A DNA stretch of 64,000 bases from Oscillospiraceae bacterium. Its GTDB lineage: Bacteria > Bacillota > Clostridia > Oscillospirales > CAG-382. Shown piece after piece: positions 10,240 to 20,087 of the stretch. The first letter of the stretch is position 1. Every line of letters begins with the position of its first letter. Under the pieces are notes generated by a model. The model did no database searches and was not told where the DNA came from. It saw only the letters and a program-made list of their open reading frames with translations. The stretch lies in assembly GCA_015064485.1 (NCBI GenBank), contig SVSD01000001.1, positions 216,989 through 280,988 of the forward strand, written 5' to 3'. The translations under genes and the position numbers were made by a program.

Positions 10240-10261
10240 TTCTACTCCTTGCGACTGTTTT

Positions 10262-11416
10262 TCAAATGTCAAAGGCTTCCGTTAAATATTTTTTTGTGTT
10301 TTCCTTATACTGCAAAACCTTTTCCGACACCGCGGTATAATCTATATTCTTTTCCATTATCTGCGATATGTTTTCGACACCTGTATAGCGCCTATCCTTC
10401 AAACCGACATTTTCACAAACAGATTCGATGCGGGAGTTTTTTGAATTTGAGGACTTGTTATTGTATCGGTCAAACACAACAAACTTTTTTTCAAAAATTA
10501 TCGAGAAAGCAGTTCCGTGAAAAGAATCTGTGCAGATATACTCAGCATTTCTCAATATGTTCAAAAACCTTGCAGGATCAACATCATACGGCGCTATATC
10601 TCCGAAATTATCATCGTCTGCAACATATTTGTCGAGATGACGAAGAGTAACTATCTTAAGCCCCGTTTTTTTTGCCAATTCCTTTGCAGCGGCGCGGTGT
10701 TCCGGATTTTCCCCGAGAAAATAGCAGAATATATAAGGCTCCCATTCGGGCTTTTCGCAAGGAACAAGACGATCCCATTCGCTTTTATCAAAAACAAATA
10801 CCGGATCCATCAAAACGGGAACTTCTCTTCCTGTGAGCTCCTTCACTATCTCTGCACCGCGATTTTCGCGTACACTAATATGTTCAATTCGCTCAAGATA
10901 CTTTTTTGTTCTTCCTTTTTGATACCAAGGTATTTTGCTGACACCGAAACTTGATGCCCACGATACCTTTTTTGTACCATCAGGAACAAACATCAGATTA
11001 TAAAACCCCGACCCTAAGGCCGATGGCGACCACAACTGATCGCTGCAGGTAATCACCTTGTCATAAACATACGGACATTCGCGCTTGAGCTCTTCATAAC
11101 TTGAGTAAACCTTTGACAAATTATCCGAAAAACAAGCATCGAAAGCGTCAAATGCGCGGTTTCTTATATCTACATTTTCCTTAATCTGAGGATGTTTTCT
11201 GAATTCCACCATTCGCTGTATCTGCAAATAGCGGTCGTTGATAAATACCCAATTGAAAAAACGGGGAATGGATTTTATATAAAAACGAAGACTTTTTTTG
11301 TTGTATCGGATTATCTCATAATCTATTCCCAGATCATCGAACATTTTAACTGTTGCCAACGCCTGCAATTTGCTGCCGTAATTATTCTGGGTATATTTAA
11401 GACAAACACCTAACAT
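10262..11416 (-). CDS. Polysaccharide pyruvyl transferase family protein
   Basis: N-terminal NNYGSKLQALAT and C-terminal ICTDSFHGTAFSIIFEKKF motifs, as I recall them for the PS_pyruv_trans family. Located in the EPS locus. Confidence 0.65.
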   Translation of the reverse strand: MLGVCLKYTQNNYGSKLQALATVKMFDDLGIDYEIIRYNKKSLRFYIKSIPRFFNWVFINDRYLQIQRMVEFRKHPQIKENVDIRNRAFDAFDACFSDNLSKVYSSYEELKRECPYVYDKVITCSDQLWSPSALGSGFYNLMFVPDGTKKVSWASSFGVSKIPWYQKGRTKKYLERIEHISVRENRGAEIVKELTGREVPVLMDPVFVFDKSEWDRLVPCEKPEWEPYIFCYFLGENPEHRAAAKELAKKTGLKIVTLRHLDKYVADDDNFGDIAPYDVDPARFLNILRNAEYICTDSFHGTAFSIIFEKKFVVFDRYNNKSSNSKNSRIESVCENVGLKDRRYTGVENISQIMEKNIDYTAVSEKVLQYKENTKKYLTEAFDI

Positions 11417-11431
11417 TACAATCTCCTGACT

Positions 11432-12517
11432 TTATGCCTGACAATTTGAGTAATTCTCACAAGTCGAACAAGCATCAAGTTCTTCTTTTGTTATCTTACC
11501 GTCCCTGAAATCACGGACGATCTTATTTTCATACATAGAATACTTTTTCTTTTTGAAAAAGTATAAAAATTTATGTTTGATGACCCAAAGAGCGGGCACC
11601 CATATATATTTGTGCATAGCGGGAGAAACAGAGCCGATCATCCAGCAATCTCTATTGCAGCATCTTACCTTCTTGCGGACTTTTTCCGCTTCTTCGCTGT
11701 TCCAAAGCTCGTCCCAGCTTTGCGTATTGAGGTTGCCCATAACTTCCTTTTCTTTTGTTCCGTTACACGGCATCACATCGCCGTACGGGTCGATAAAGAA
11801 GGTATCGAAACTCATATCGCAGGGAAGAAGACGCTTCTGGCTGAAAATGTAATTGATAAGACCGTGATTGAAATAGGCTCTGAACCACTTCTTCGGGCTG
11901 TTTGACTCAAGAAGTCGGTTAATCAGATCTTCGAAATTTTGCGCAACCATAATGCGGTCATGTATTATATTGTTTGACTCTACAAAATAGAAGCTGTTAT
12001 GTAAAGATGCGGTTGCAAATTCCATTCCGAGCTCATCTGAAATGTTATAAAGAGAAACAAGGTCGGGAGCGTTTTTATCCTGGACCGTCATTCCGAAACC
12101 GACATCCTTCATACCCATATCAACAAGGGTTTTTAAGGTTGTATATCCTCTGTTGAATCCGTCATCAAGTCCTCTGATTTCGTTATTTGTCTTTTCAAGG
12201 CCTTCGATTGAAATACGGATTCCTATCTGCGGAAACTCTTTGCAAAGATCAACTATACGGTCTGTGAAAAAGCCGTTTGTGGAAATAACAATTCTGTCGC
12301 TCTTTTTATAAAGCTCACGCACTATATCTTTTAAATCTTCGCGGATAAACGGCTCTCCTCCGGTTATATTTGTAAAATACATTTCGGGGAGTTTGCGGAT
12401 GGTTTCAAGCGATATTTCTTCCTCGGGCTTTGAGGGAACTTTATATCTGTTACACATCGTGCACTTCGCGTTGCAGCGATATGTAACGATTACTGTACCG
12501 TTTAATTTCTTTGCCAT
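11432..12517 (-). CDS. Radical SAM enzyme with a C-terminal SPASM/twitch-like Cys-rich domain
   Basis: CX3CX2C motif in VTYRCNAKCTMCNRY, plus GGEPF. C-terminal cysteines LPCDMS...GDVMPCNG...VRCCNRDCWMIGS...CSTCENYSNC. Start trimmed to MAKKLNG (ATG 12515-12517); the longer track ORF would overlap the upstream GT. Confidence 0.8.
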   Translation of the reverse strand: MAKKLNGTVIVTYRCNAKCTMCNRYKVPSKPEEEISLETIRKLPEMYFTNITGGEPFIREDLKDIVRELYKKSDRIVISTNGFFTDRIVDLCKEFPQIGIRISIEGLEKTNNEIRGLDDGFNRGYTTLKTLVDMGMKDVGFGMTVQDKNAPDLVSLYNISDELGMEFATASLHNSFYFVESNNIIHDRIMVAQNFEDLINRLLESNSPKKWFRAYFNHGLINYIFSQKRLLPCDMSFDTFFIDPYGDVMPCNGTKEKEVMGNLNTQSWDELWNSEEAEKVRKKVRCCNRDCWMIGSVSPAMHKYIWVPALWVIKHKFLYFFKKKKYSMYENKIVRDFRDGKITKEELDACSTCENYSNCQA

Positions 12518-12540
12518 TTTTATCCCTTTCGTTATCTTTT

Positions 12541-13719
12541 TTACAGAGCAGCTGTAAATAAGGAACTGTGTGTGCGGGCAACCGCTTCCCAACTGTATTT
12601 GTTGAGAACATCAAAAACTTCATCCCTTGAAATTTTGCCGCCGCAAAGAGCTGCATCTACCATTGAAACGAATTCTTCTTCGGTATTATACATACTGTAT
12701 CCGCAATTCAGATCAAACATAAGATTGCTTCCGAGAACAACAGGTGTTCCCGAAGATATAGCCTCTATAATAACAAGTCCGAAAGATTCGAGCGTTGATG
12801 TGAACACACTGCAATCTGCAATATTATAATATTCGTTGAGCTGTTTTCCGGGGGCAAGCTCGCCCAAATACTTTATCTGTTCGTAAATACCGTTTTCTTT
12901 TGCGTATTCAAGTATCGATTGCTGATATTCGGCATCGATAATTCCGCCGGCATACATATATACTACATCGCTATTTGCCTTTAAATATTCAGTCAGCATT
13001 TTGACAGAACCAAACTGGTTTTTTCTTTCGCAAATCGAACCGACTTGAAATATTACTTTTTTCCCGCCAAGACCGTTTTTTTCTTTCAATTCGTCTATAT
13101 GAGGTTTTGAAAGAGGTGCATAGCGGTCGATATTTACGCCGTTTTTTATCTTATGTATCTTATCTTTGCATACGCCGAGTCTGTTGACGAAATGATCAAT
13201 AGTAATATCGTTTAAAACCAACACTATATCGGCGTTCTTTACACAGGTTATCTCCTGGAAGTACTTCTTTTTAACGGTTTTCTCTATTTCTTCCCATTCA
13301 GTCCCCCAGATATATGAATGAACTGTATAGGCGATTGTAGCTTTTTTCAGCAACTTTTTAGGAATCAGCTTTAATGCGAAAAAGAGGTTATACTGATTAT
13401 GAAAATGAAGAACAACCTTATCTTCTTCGTTTTTCAAGATGTTTTTCAAATGCTTTGCAAGGGATATTGAATAAACTACTCTTTTGAGCTTATGCATAAT
13501 ACCAAGACTTACATCTGTTCCGGAAAATTTATCCGGCACCTTGACTTCGGAAATGGGAAGCTCACATTCTTCTCTTTTTTTTGCACATATATCTATTATT
13601 TCGGCGTTTTCGCCGTTTTTTATGAAGGCTCTTGTAAGCTCTTCTACGACAATTTCTGTGGCCGCTCCCATTTGCGCGGGAATCGGTGTATAGCCGGTTC
13701 CTATTTCATATATTTTCAT
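12541..13719 (-). CDS. Family 4 (GT-B) glycosyltransferase
   Basis: STLESFGLVIIEAISSGTPVV (EX7E region) and a typical GT4 length. Confidence 0.8.
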   Translation of the reverse strand: MKIYEIGTGYTPIPAQMGAATEIVVEELTRAFIKNGENAEIIDICAKKREECELPISEVKVPDKFSGTDVSLGIMHKLKRVVYSISLAKHLKNILKNEEDKVVLHFHNQYNLFFALKLIPKKLLKKATIAYTVHSYIWGTEWEEIEKTVKKKYFQEITCVKNADIVLVLNDITIDHFVNRLGVCKDKIHKIKNGVNIDRYAPLSKPHIDELKEKNGLGGKKVIFQVGSICERKNQFGSVKMLTEYLKANSDVVYMYAGGIIDAEYQQSILEYAKENGIYEQIKYLGELAPGKQLNEYYNIADCSVFTSTLESFGLVIIEAISSGTPVVLGSNLMFDLNCGYSMYNTEEEFVSMVDAALCGGKISRDEVFDVLNKYSWEAVARTHSSLFTAAL

Positions 13720-13722
13720 GTG

Positions 13723-14919
13723 TTATTCACCGTATATTTTCAAAATTTGTTGATAATATGTCTGCGGTGTTTCAAATGAAACGCCTTTGCAATTATCTGT
13801 AAAGGATTCGGCAATCCCCGGAGTTTCAAGTATATATCTGAGCTTTTCTTCAAGATCATCAGCGTTGCCCGCTTCAAACATCAACCCGGTTTCGCCTTCT
13901 TTTATAAGTTCCGGTATTCCCCCCATTTTTGAACAAACTACAGGGGTACCGTACATTTGGGATTCGATAACCGAAAACGGACAGTTTTCGTACCATTCCG
14001 AAGGATAGACACTGCAAAGAGCTTTTGAAATCAACTCTTTCAGCTCGCCGCCGGTTTTAAAGCCGACATATTCGGCGTTTTCCACCTTTGCAATTTCGGC
14101 TTCCGCCGCACCGTAGCCTGCAAAAAGAAATCTTTTATCCGGCATACGCTTTGCAACCTCAAGAAGTGTAAGCGTTCCCTTATCTCTCGAAAGGTGTCCG
14201 AACTCTAAAACATAATCGCCTTTTTCGGTACACTCCGTTTTCTGAGGCTCTATAAAATTATGTATTGCAACCGTCTTATGAGAAAATCTTGATTGCAAAT
14301 CAAGCTTTCTTTTGAGGAAATGCGACGGGCAGATTATTGTATCTATATAGCTGTAGGCTTTGCTTAACTTCCAATAGTATGCATCAAGCATTGCAAGAAA
14401 ACTTTTGGAGTAAGAATTTTTCATACATTTTGTACGAAGGCAGTGAGTATAATTTCCCCCAAGACACTTTTCACAAACTTTGATCTCGGAATCAAACAAA
14501 CCGTGACTCGGACAGATAAGCTGATAGTCATGAGCTGTATATACGATTTTTACTTTTCTGCCTGTCCTGCGTCTGTATTTTTCGACAGCAAGAATAATGC
14601 TCGGAGTCAGATGAAACTGAATATTATTCATATGAACAACATCAGGTTCAAAATCATATAAAACTTTCGTTATTTTTTTCTTTGCTTCGGAGGAATAAAT
14701 AATACGGAGTGGTGCGGTAATATTTTTTCTGATACCTTTTCCGAAATCCATATCGGTAACATAAGCGCCGGCATTGTTAAAAACGATATTTTTGGGATTG
14801 TCAAGTCCGAAATACTGAACTGTGTGTCCGTTATCCTGAAGCATCTTGCCGAGCTTAAAGGTATAGGTTTCTGCCCCGCCTTTGGGATACAAAAACTTAT
14901 TTACCAGCAGCACCTTCAT
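13723..14919 (-). CDS. Family 4 (GT-B) glycosyltransferase
   Basis: MKVLLVNKFLYPKGGAETY N-terminus and PSEWYENCPFSVIESQMYGTPVV. Start set at ATG 14917-14919, which is preceded by GAGGAG. Confidence 0.8.
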   Translation of the reverse strand: MKVLLVNKFLYPKGGAETYTFKLGKMLQDNGHTVQYFGLDNPKNIVFNNAGAYVTDMDFGKGIRKNITAPLRIIYSSEAKKKITKVLYDFEPDVVHMNNIQFHLTPSIILAVEKYRRRTGRKVKIVYTAHDYQLICPSHGLFDSEIKVCEKCLGGNYTHCLRTKCMKNSYSKSFLAMLDAYYWKLSKAYSYIDTIICPSHFLKRKLDLQSRFSHKTVAIHNFIEPQKTECTEKGDYVLEFGHLSRDKGTLTLLEVAKRMPDKRFLFAGYGAAEAEIAKVENAEYVGFKTGGELKELISKALCSVYPSEWYENCPFSVIESQMYGTPVVCSKMGGIPELIKEGETGLMFEAGNADDLEEKLRYILETPGIAESFTDNCKGVSFETPQTYYQQILKIYGE

Positions 14920-16096
14920 ATTCTCTCTCCTCAACGGTTCCGGTATCTGCCGAAGGCTTGTCCCAACCGTATAGCTTTAAAGTTTCGATTGTGATATCTT
15001 CCCAATCGTATTTGCTGCAAATATACTCCGCAGCACAGTTTTTATAGGCTTCAACCCTTTGCGGATCATCGCAAAGCATTTGAAGTTTTTCCTTAAGGTC
15101 ATTTACATCGCCTTTTTTGAATGTCACACCGTGTTCTTCAAGAACACTTGAACATTCGTCGATATCTGATGTAAGACAGCAATTACCAAAGCTCATCGCT
15201 TCAAGAAGACTTAAAGGCATACCCTCAAGATCGGAGGGAAGAACATATATGTATGCATTGCTGTAGAGTTCTTCGAGCTTTTTGCCCTGAACAAATCCTG
15301 TGAAAATAATTCGCGGATCATCCCCGGCAATTCTTTTGAGTTCGTCAACATACTCTGATGTATCGGAAACTCCGCCTGCGATAACAAGCTTTTTTTCGGT
15401 ATCAAGGCATTTATATGCCGAGATCAGGTATTTCACACCTTTTTCCGGAACGAGTCTTCCCAAAAAAAGGATATATTCGTCTTTTTGAAGTCCGTACTCG
15501 GACGAAATCACATCCGCCTCAACAGGTTTTGCAGGCAAAACACCGTTCGGAATAAAAACCGTTTGTCTTCCGTATGTGTCTTTGAAATAGTTTTTCACAT
15601 TTTCCGACAAAACTATTATTTCGTCGGCAAAACGCACGGCGCATTTTTCACCCGTGCGTATATACCACGATGCAAATTTCCCCCACTTGGCTCTTTTGTG
15701 GTCAAGTCCGTGAATTGTGGCTATACATTTCTTGCCGAAGAGCTTCGGAATCCATATCATAGCACAAGGACCTTCCGCATGGAAATGTACAACATCATAC
15801 TTTCCAAACGCGGCAGATAACGCCGCAGAAAAGGATGCCGTCATCGCCGCCAAGCCTTTTTTATCAAAAGTCCATACGCTTTTAAGTTTAACACCGCAAT
15901 ATTCGTCTTTTCTCGCTTCATCAAAAGCCGCACCGCTTACATGATGACCGCTTCTGTTGAAGCAGGTTACATTATGTCCCATTTTTGCCATTCTTGCCGA
16001 AAGTTCGCCTACGACGATTTCGACGCCGCCCTCACGGGATGGGATCCTTTTGTGCCCGAGCATTGCGATATTTATTTTTTCGTTTGCCTTTCGCAT
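14897..16096 (-). CDS. Family 4 glycosyltransferase with a DUF1972-like N-terminus (the type often acting second, after the priming transferase)
   Basis: INIAMLGHKRIPSREGGVEIVV N-terminus and LPSDLEGMPLSLLEAMSFGNCCL. The start overlaps the stop of the priming transferase by 1 nt. Confidence 0.75.
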   Translation of the reverse strand: MRKANEKINIAMLGHKRIPSREGGVEIVVGELSARMAKMGHNVTCFNRSGHHVSGAAFDEARKDEYCGVKLKSVWTFDKKGLAAMTASFSAALSAAFGKYDVVHFHAEGPCAMIWIPKLFGKKCIATIHGLDHKRAKWGKFASWYIRTGEKCAVRFADEIIVLSENVKNYFKDTYGRQTVFIPNGVLPAKPVEADVISSEYGLQKDEYILFLGRLVPEKGVKYLISAYKCLDTEKKLVIAGGVSDTSEYVDELKRIAGDDPRIIFTGFVQGKKLEELYSNAYIYVLPSDLEGMPLSLLEAMSFGNCCLTSDIDECSSVLEEHGVTFKKGDVNDLKEKLQMLCDDPQRVEAYKNCAAEYICSKYDWEDITIETLKLYGWDKPSADTGTVEEREYEGAAGK

Positions 16097-16833
16097 TATT
16101 CACCCTCAAGTCCGCATACTGCGCCAATTGTCTTGAAAAGTATTATAATATCAGTCAAAAAGCTGCGTTCGGATATGTATTTAAGGTCAAGAGAAAGCCA
16201 CTGCTCAAAAGACAGACTGTTACGCTTGGGCTGTATCTGCCATAAACAGGTAATGCCCGGAATGATATCAAGTCTTCTGAGCTGGTTTTCCGTATACAAT
16301 TCAACTTCTCTGGGAAGAGGAGGACGGGGGCCGACAAGGCTCATATCCCCCTTTAATACATTAAAAAGCTGAGGAAGTTCATCTATGCTTGTCTTGCGTA
16401 TAAAACGGCCGAATCTTGTGATTCTCGGGTCGTCTTTCATCTTGAAAGCAGGGCCTTCCATCTCGTTTTTATCAAGAAGCGAATCGAGCAATTTATCTGC
16501 ATCAGGTACCATTGATCTGAATTTGTAAAATTTAAATCTGCGACCGTTTTTTCCGACACGCTCCTGAACATAAATCGGAGAAGCTCCGGGGGAGTCAAGA
16601 ACTATTATCAGTGCCACGATCAAAAGCGGTAACGCAAGAACAACAATCCCCGCAATCGAACATACGATATCAAAACACCGTTTGAAAAATTCGTATACCG
16701 GTTTTTGCTGTACAGGCGGGGCAAAAACCTGCTGTTCGCTTTCGGATATGTCTTTGGCAGAAAGCACTTCTGCTTTTTCAGCGGCCGGATCTTCGACCGT
16801 GACTGTTTCCAAAATCTTTTCTTTTAAATCCAT
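16096..16833 (-). CDS. Priming phosphoglycosyl transferase (bacterial sugar transferase, WbaP/CpsE C-terminal type)
   Basis: FKRCFDIVCS...LDSPGASPIYVQERVGKNGRRFKFYKFRSM...DELPQLFNVLKGDMSLVGPRPPLPRE. Confidence 0.9.
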   Translation of the reverse strand: MDLKEKILETVTVEDPAAEKAEVLSAKDISESEQQVFAPPVQQKPVYEFFKRCFDIVCSIAGIVVLALPLLIVALIIVLDSPGASPIYVQERVGKNGRRFKFYKFRSMVPDADKLLDSLLDKNEMEGPAFKMKDDPRITRFGRFIRKTSIDELPQLFNVLKGDMSLVGPRPPLPREVELYTENQLRRLDIIPGITCLWQIQPKRNSLSFEQWLSLDLKYISERSFLTDIIILFKTIGAVCGLEGE

Positions 16834-16869
16834 TTTATCTTATAACTCTCCCAAGCCGAAAGATAAGTT

Positions 16870-17865
16870 TTATTTTTGCTGTTCTTTCGGTATATAAAGC
16901 AAATCTATCACGATTTCCTTTAAAGACTCTTCATCGGGATAAAATTCAATAAACTCCTCGCCTATTTCAGTTTCTCCCTCGATATTCTTTATTCCGAGAA
17001 ATTCATATTCGTCAAATTTCTCCGCATACTTTTTCATTCTGCTGTTTGATGAATCAAATACGATATGTTCGTCCAACGCATCGGCAAGTCTTACGATAAA
17101 TGTGTCGTCAGACTGTACGAGCGAAACGGATTTTTCGTAAAGAGCGTTTATATATTGCTGCTGACGCTGCATTCTTGATTTGTTTGTGCTGTCTTCAAGA
17201 CCGTAACGCACGCGAACATATTCAAGAGCCTGTTTTCCGTTTAAAGTAACCTTTTCGCCCGCAACAAGCGACTCATCAATGCTTGTAAAATCCTCAAGCA
17301 CAGTGAGTTCGACTCCGCCCACAATATCATTTATCGCAGATACGGCATCCATGGTAAGAGCAACATAATGGTCGATCTTGACACCGCCCAAAAGCTCTTC
17401 TACAGATGTTTTTACATTTCCGCATCTCATTTTATCGTTGTCGTCGGTTACATAGTCGTAACTGAGTGCTATTTGCTTATATAACGACTCTGTCTTTACG
17501 CCGCCGATACCGAGCTTATTTATATTGACCATCGTATCTCGGTTTATCTGAATTGCTGTGCTTTGCTTGTTCTCATTGTCAAGGACAAGAAGCATAAGAA
17601 AGTCCGCCTGAACACCGCTTCCGTGCGAATCCGAAACGCTTTTTCCGCTATACTTATCAAGTCCCAAAACAAGGAAGGTTTCAATTTCGTCATTTAAGAT
17701 ATATTCTTCACCCTTGTAGCTCAAAACGCTGTCTTCGGGGTTTTCTGTGGTGAATTTTCCTTGCGCGGCGTCCCATATCTTTATAAATACCAAAGCGCCG
17801 GTTATAAGAAATACGACCACAAGGGCTATTGCGATATATTTCAAATAGTTATTTTTTGTATCCAT
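16870..17865 (-). CDS. LytR-CpsA-Psr (LCP) family protein
   Basis: N-terminal TM anchor and an LCP core (FLVLGLDK...ADFLMLLVLD...NRDTMV...INDIVGGVELTV). Position is typical of cpsA. Confidence 0.8.
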   Translation of the reverse strand: MDTKNNYLKYIAIALVVVFLITGALVFIKIWDAAQGKFTTENPEDSVLSYKGEEYILNDEIETFLVLGLDKYSGKSVSDSHGSGVQADFLMLLVLDNENKQSTAIQINRDTMVNINKLGIGGVKTESLYKQIALSYDYVTDDNDKMRCGNVKTSVEELLGGVKIDHYVALTMDAVSAINDIVGGVELTVLEDFTSIDESLVAGEKVTLNGKQALEYVRVRYGLEDSTNKSRMQRQQQYINALYEKSVSLVQSDDTFIVRLADALDEHIVFDSSNSRMKKYAEKFDEYEFLGIKNIEGETEIGEEFIEFYPDEESLKEIVIDLLYIPKEQQK

Positions 17866-17893
17866 CTATCGTAACCCGTACTGTTTTTTGCAA

Positions 17894-18583
17894 TTAAACT
17901 TTTTTCTTCTTAAGCTTAAATGCTATTACTGCAAAAGCGATAACGCACGCAACCATAATAGCCGCATAAACATAGATCATAGATGTGTCGCCCGTCTGGG
18001 GAGGCTCGGGAGTTACTTTACTTGCATCAACAACGATTGCAAATGGAGAAAGGGATTCAACAGAGAATTTCAAGTGTTCGCCGTTGTTTGTAACCTGAGC
18101 GTCCTTTACAAGTTCCCATTCGCCGTTTTTGGGCATATGAAGAAGACCTACAAAGTGGCTGAGCTTTTCGACATCAAGAACGATATCAAAGTCGAAGTGA
18201 GCATCATGGAATTCGCAGTCCGAAACATGGATATCGAAAAAGTCGCTTACAGCAAGCTCTTCCGGATCAAGGCCAAGGCTCTGTGCAAGAGCTGCAAGAT
18301 CTGCATTGAGCTTTGTGATATCTTCGGATGATGTGATTTCAGAATATGCCTTTTCGATAAGAGCCTTGAGACCTTCGGGCAAATTTTCTCTTTCGTTATA
18401 AGGAGTAATTACAAGAGTTGCTGTACAATTCTCATCTGCTGGATCAAAAGACACTACACCGGGAGCGGGGTTTTTAGAGGGGCTGGAAATAAATCCGTTT
18501 GCGGCAAAAACAGTTGCACTTACGCTTATTGTCATTACCAACATTAAAATTACTGCTAATACTTTTCTCATTTTGAAATTCAT
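17894..18583 (-). CDS. Small secreted protein with a sortase-type C-terminal sorting signal (PPQTG + TM + KLKKKKV)
   Basis: Signal peptide MRKVLAVILMLVMTISVSATVFA. The C-terminus is ...TPEPPQTGDTSMIYVYAAIMVACVIAFAVIAFKLKKKKV. Confidence 0.7.
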   Translation of the reverse strand: MNFKMRKVLAVILMLVMTISVSATVFAANGFISSPSKNPAPGVVSFDPADENCTATLVITPYNERENLPEGLKALIEKAYSEITSSEDITKLNADLAALAQSLGLDPEELAVSDFFDIHVSDCEFHDAHFDFDIVLDVEKLSHFVGLLHMPKNGEWELVKDAQVTNNGEHLKFSVESLSPFAIVVDASKVTPEPPQTGDTSMIYVYAAIMVACVIAFAVIAFKLKKKKV

Positions 18584-18601
18584 CCTTTCGAAATAATAAA
18601 T

Positions 18602-19303
18602 TTATATAATTGATTTTTCAAATAAAGAGTAGCCGTATTCATTCATTTGTTCTATATATTCATCGCCGAATTTCTTTTTTATTACATCATAGGCTTTATC
18701 TATTTTGGGAGCTCTTGATGTCGTATTATGACAATCGGAGCCGACAAAATGTACCATCCCATTCTGTAAAAGAGAAATTGCTTTTCGCTTTGTCATAAAA
18801 GATGTAAAGTAAGATGCATTCACCTGCATAAGAAGACCGCTTTCAAAAAGCCTTTCCCATACGCTTTGCTTTTGAAAATTCATATATCTTTCTATATGGG
18901 CAAGAACGATTTTTATATTTCCTTTACAGGAAAGCTCTGTAAGCTCTCTTACAGTATATTCCGTCCATTTTGACATTGGCATTTCCAAAAGCAGAAGTTT
19001 GCTGTTTTCTATTCTGAGCTTTTGAAGGTCTGCCATCTTGCTTATGCCGTTATAATACTTAACTTCCGCACCGAGAAGTATTTCGGGGCTTTTTTCGGGT
19101 AAATGCTTTTTAAGTTCATCATACGCCTTTTCTCGTCTTTTAAGGAACGATTCTACAGATTCATCGTTTGCCAAAAAATGCGGAGTTGCGATAACGGTTT
19201 TAACGCCCTGAAGATTCAACATTCCGAGAATCGAAACGCTCTCTTCCACATTACGGCTTCCGTCATCCACACCGGGTAAGATATGACTATGCCAGTCTAT
19301 CAC
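18602..19303 (-). CDS. CpsB/CapC-type PHP-family protein-tyrosine phosphatase
   Basis: MIDWHSHILPGVDDGS...ATPHF...GSDCHN. It has a 4-nt overlap with the kinase gene. Confidence 0.9.
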   Translation of the reverse strand: MIDWHSHILPGVDDGSRNVEESVSILGMLNLQGVKTVIATPHFLANDESVESFLKRREKAYDELKKHLPEKSPEILLGAEVKYYNGISKMADLQKLRIENSKLLLLEMPMSKWTEYTVRELTELSCKGNIKIVLAHIERYMNFQKQSVWERLFESGLLMQVNASYFTSFMTKRKAISLLQNGMVHFVGSDCHNTTSRAPKIDKAYDVIKKKFGDEYIEQMNEYGYSLFEKSII

Positions 19304-20067
19304 TTTTTAGTACCCGCAGGTTCGCTTTGATAATATTTGTAATACTTGTAGTATTTGTATTTCTTATATCTGCCGTATGATGCGCTGCCTGTTTTGGTTT
19401 CGTTCATAACACATCCGAGTATTTTAACATTAGAAAGCTTGAGCTGTCTGAAGCAGCGTTCAAGTTCTTTCTTTTCTGTATACTCTTCTCTTATTACCAC
19501 TATCATTCCGGAAATAAGGCTTGAGATGGAAATAGCATCCGATACGATATTGACAGGCGGAAGGTCGATGATGATATAATCAAAAATTTCTCTTAACTGG
19601 TTTAAGATATTTTCCATTCTTGCAGAACCCAAAAGTTCGGAGGGGTTCGGAGGAATGTCGCCCGACGGAAGAACAAACCAGTTGGGAAGCAGATGGGATT
19701 GGAATTCGGATATCTGCGCCCCCTTGCCTCTCAAAAGATCGGCAAGACCAGGAGAACTTTCAATTCCGAGTTTCTTTGCAACCGACGGAATTCTAAGGTC
19801 TGCGTCGATAAGAAGTACCTTGCTGCCCTTTTTCGCAAATACATACGAAAGGTTTACGGCAGTTGTACTTTTGCCTTCTCCTCGCATTGAACTTGTAACT
19901 CCGATTACCGGACATTTTTCGTCAACAGGAAGAGTAAAATCGAGATTTGCACGGATAAGATTATACTGTTCGGTTGCAGTAAACTGCAAATTTTTATGAA
20001 GGGTCTTGCCGCTTCCGTTTTCGGCATGAAATGATGAATGCTTACGCTTGTTTTTAAACAGTCCCAT
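19300..20067 (-). CDS. BY-kinase (CpsD/CapB-type tyrosine autokinase)
   Basis: Walker A SSMRGEGKSTTAVNLS, LLIDADLR, IIIDLPPV, and a C-terminal Tyr cluster YGRYKKYKYYKYYKYYQ. Start trimmed to MGLFKNK (ATG 20065-20067), preceded by GGGAGGAA. Confidence 0.9.
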   Translation of the reverse strand: MGLFKNKRKHSSFHAENGSGKTLHKNLQFTATEQYNLIRANLDFTLPVDEKCPVIGVTSSMRGEGKSTTAVNLSYVFAKKGSKVLLIDADLRIPSVAKKLGIESSPGLADLLRGKGAQISEFQSHLLPNWFVLPSGDIPPNPSELLGSARMENILNQLREIFDYIIIDLPPVNIVSDAISISSLISGMIVVIREEYTEKKELERCFRQLKLSNVKILGCVMNETKTGSASYGRYKKYKYYKYYKYYQSEPAGTKK

Positions 20068-20087
20068 TCTCGTATTCCTCCCTTTCC

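Noticed and set aside
12518-12592. N-terminal extensions of several track ORFs. Examples are the rSAM ORF to 12592, the MPP ORF to 45608, the yidC ORF to 57934, spoIIAB to 52037, the HAD ORF to 61853, and the citrate synthase ORF to 34790.
   Set aside because: Internal ATG or TTG codons with proper Shine-Dalgarno spacing give N-termini typical of the families and remove overlaps with upstream genes or promoters. The extensions are therefore considered untranslated.
19300-19345. A tyrosine/lysine-rich low-complexity C-terminus (YKKYKYYKYYKYY).
   Set aside because: This is the normal autophosphorylation Tyr cluster of BY-kinases, not an anomaly.
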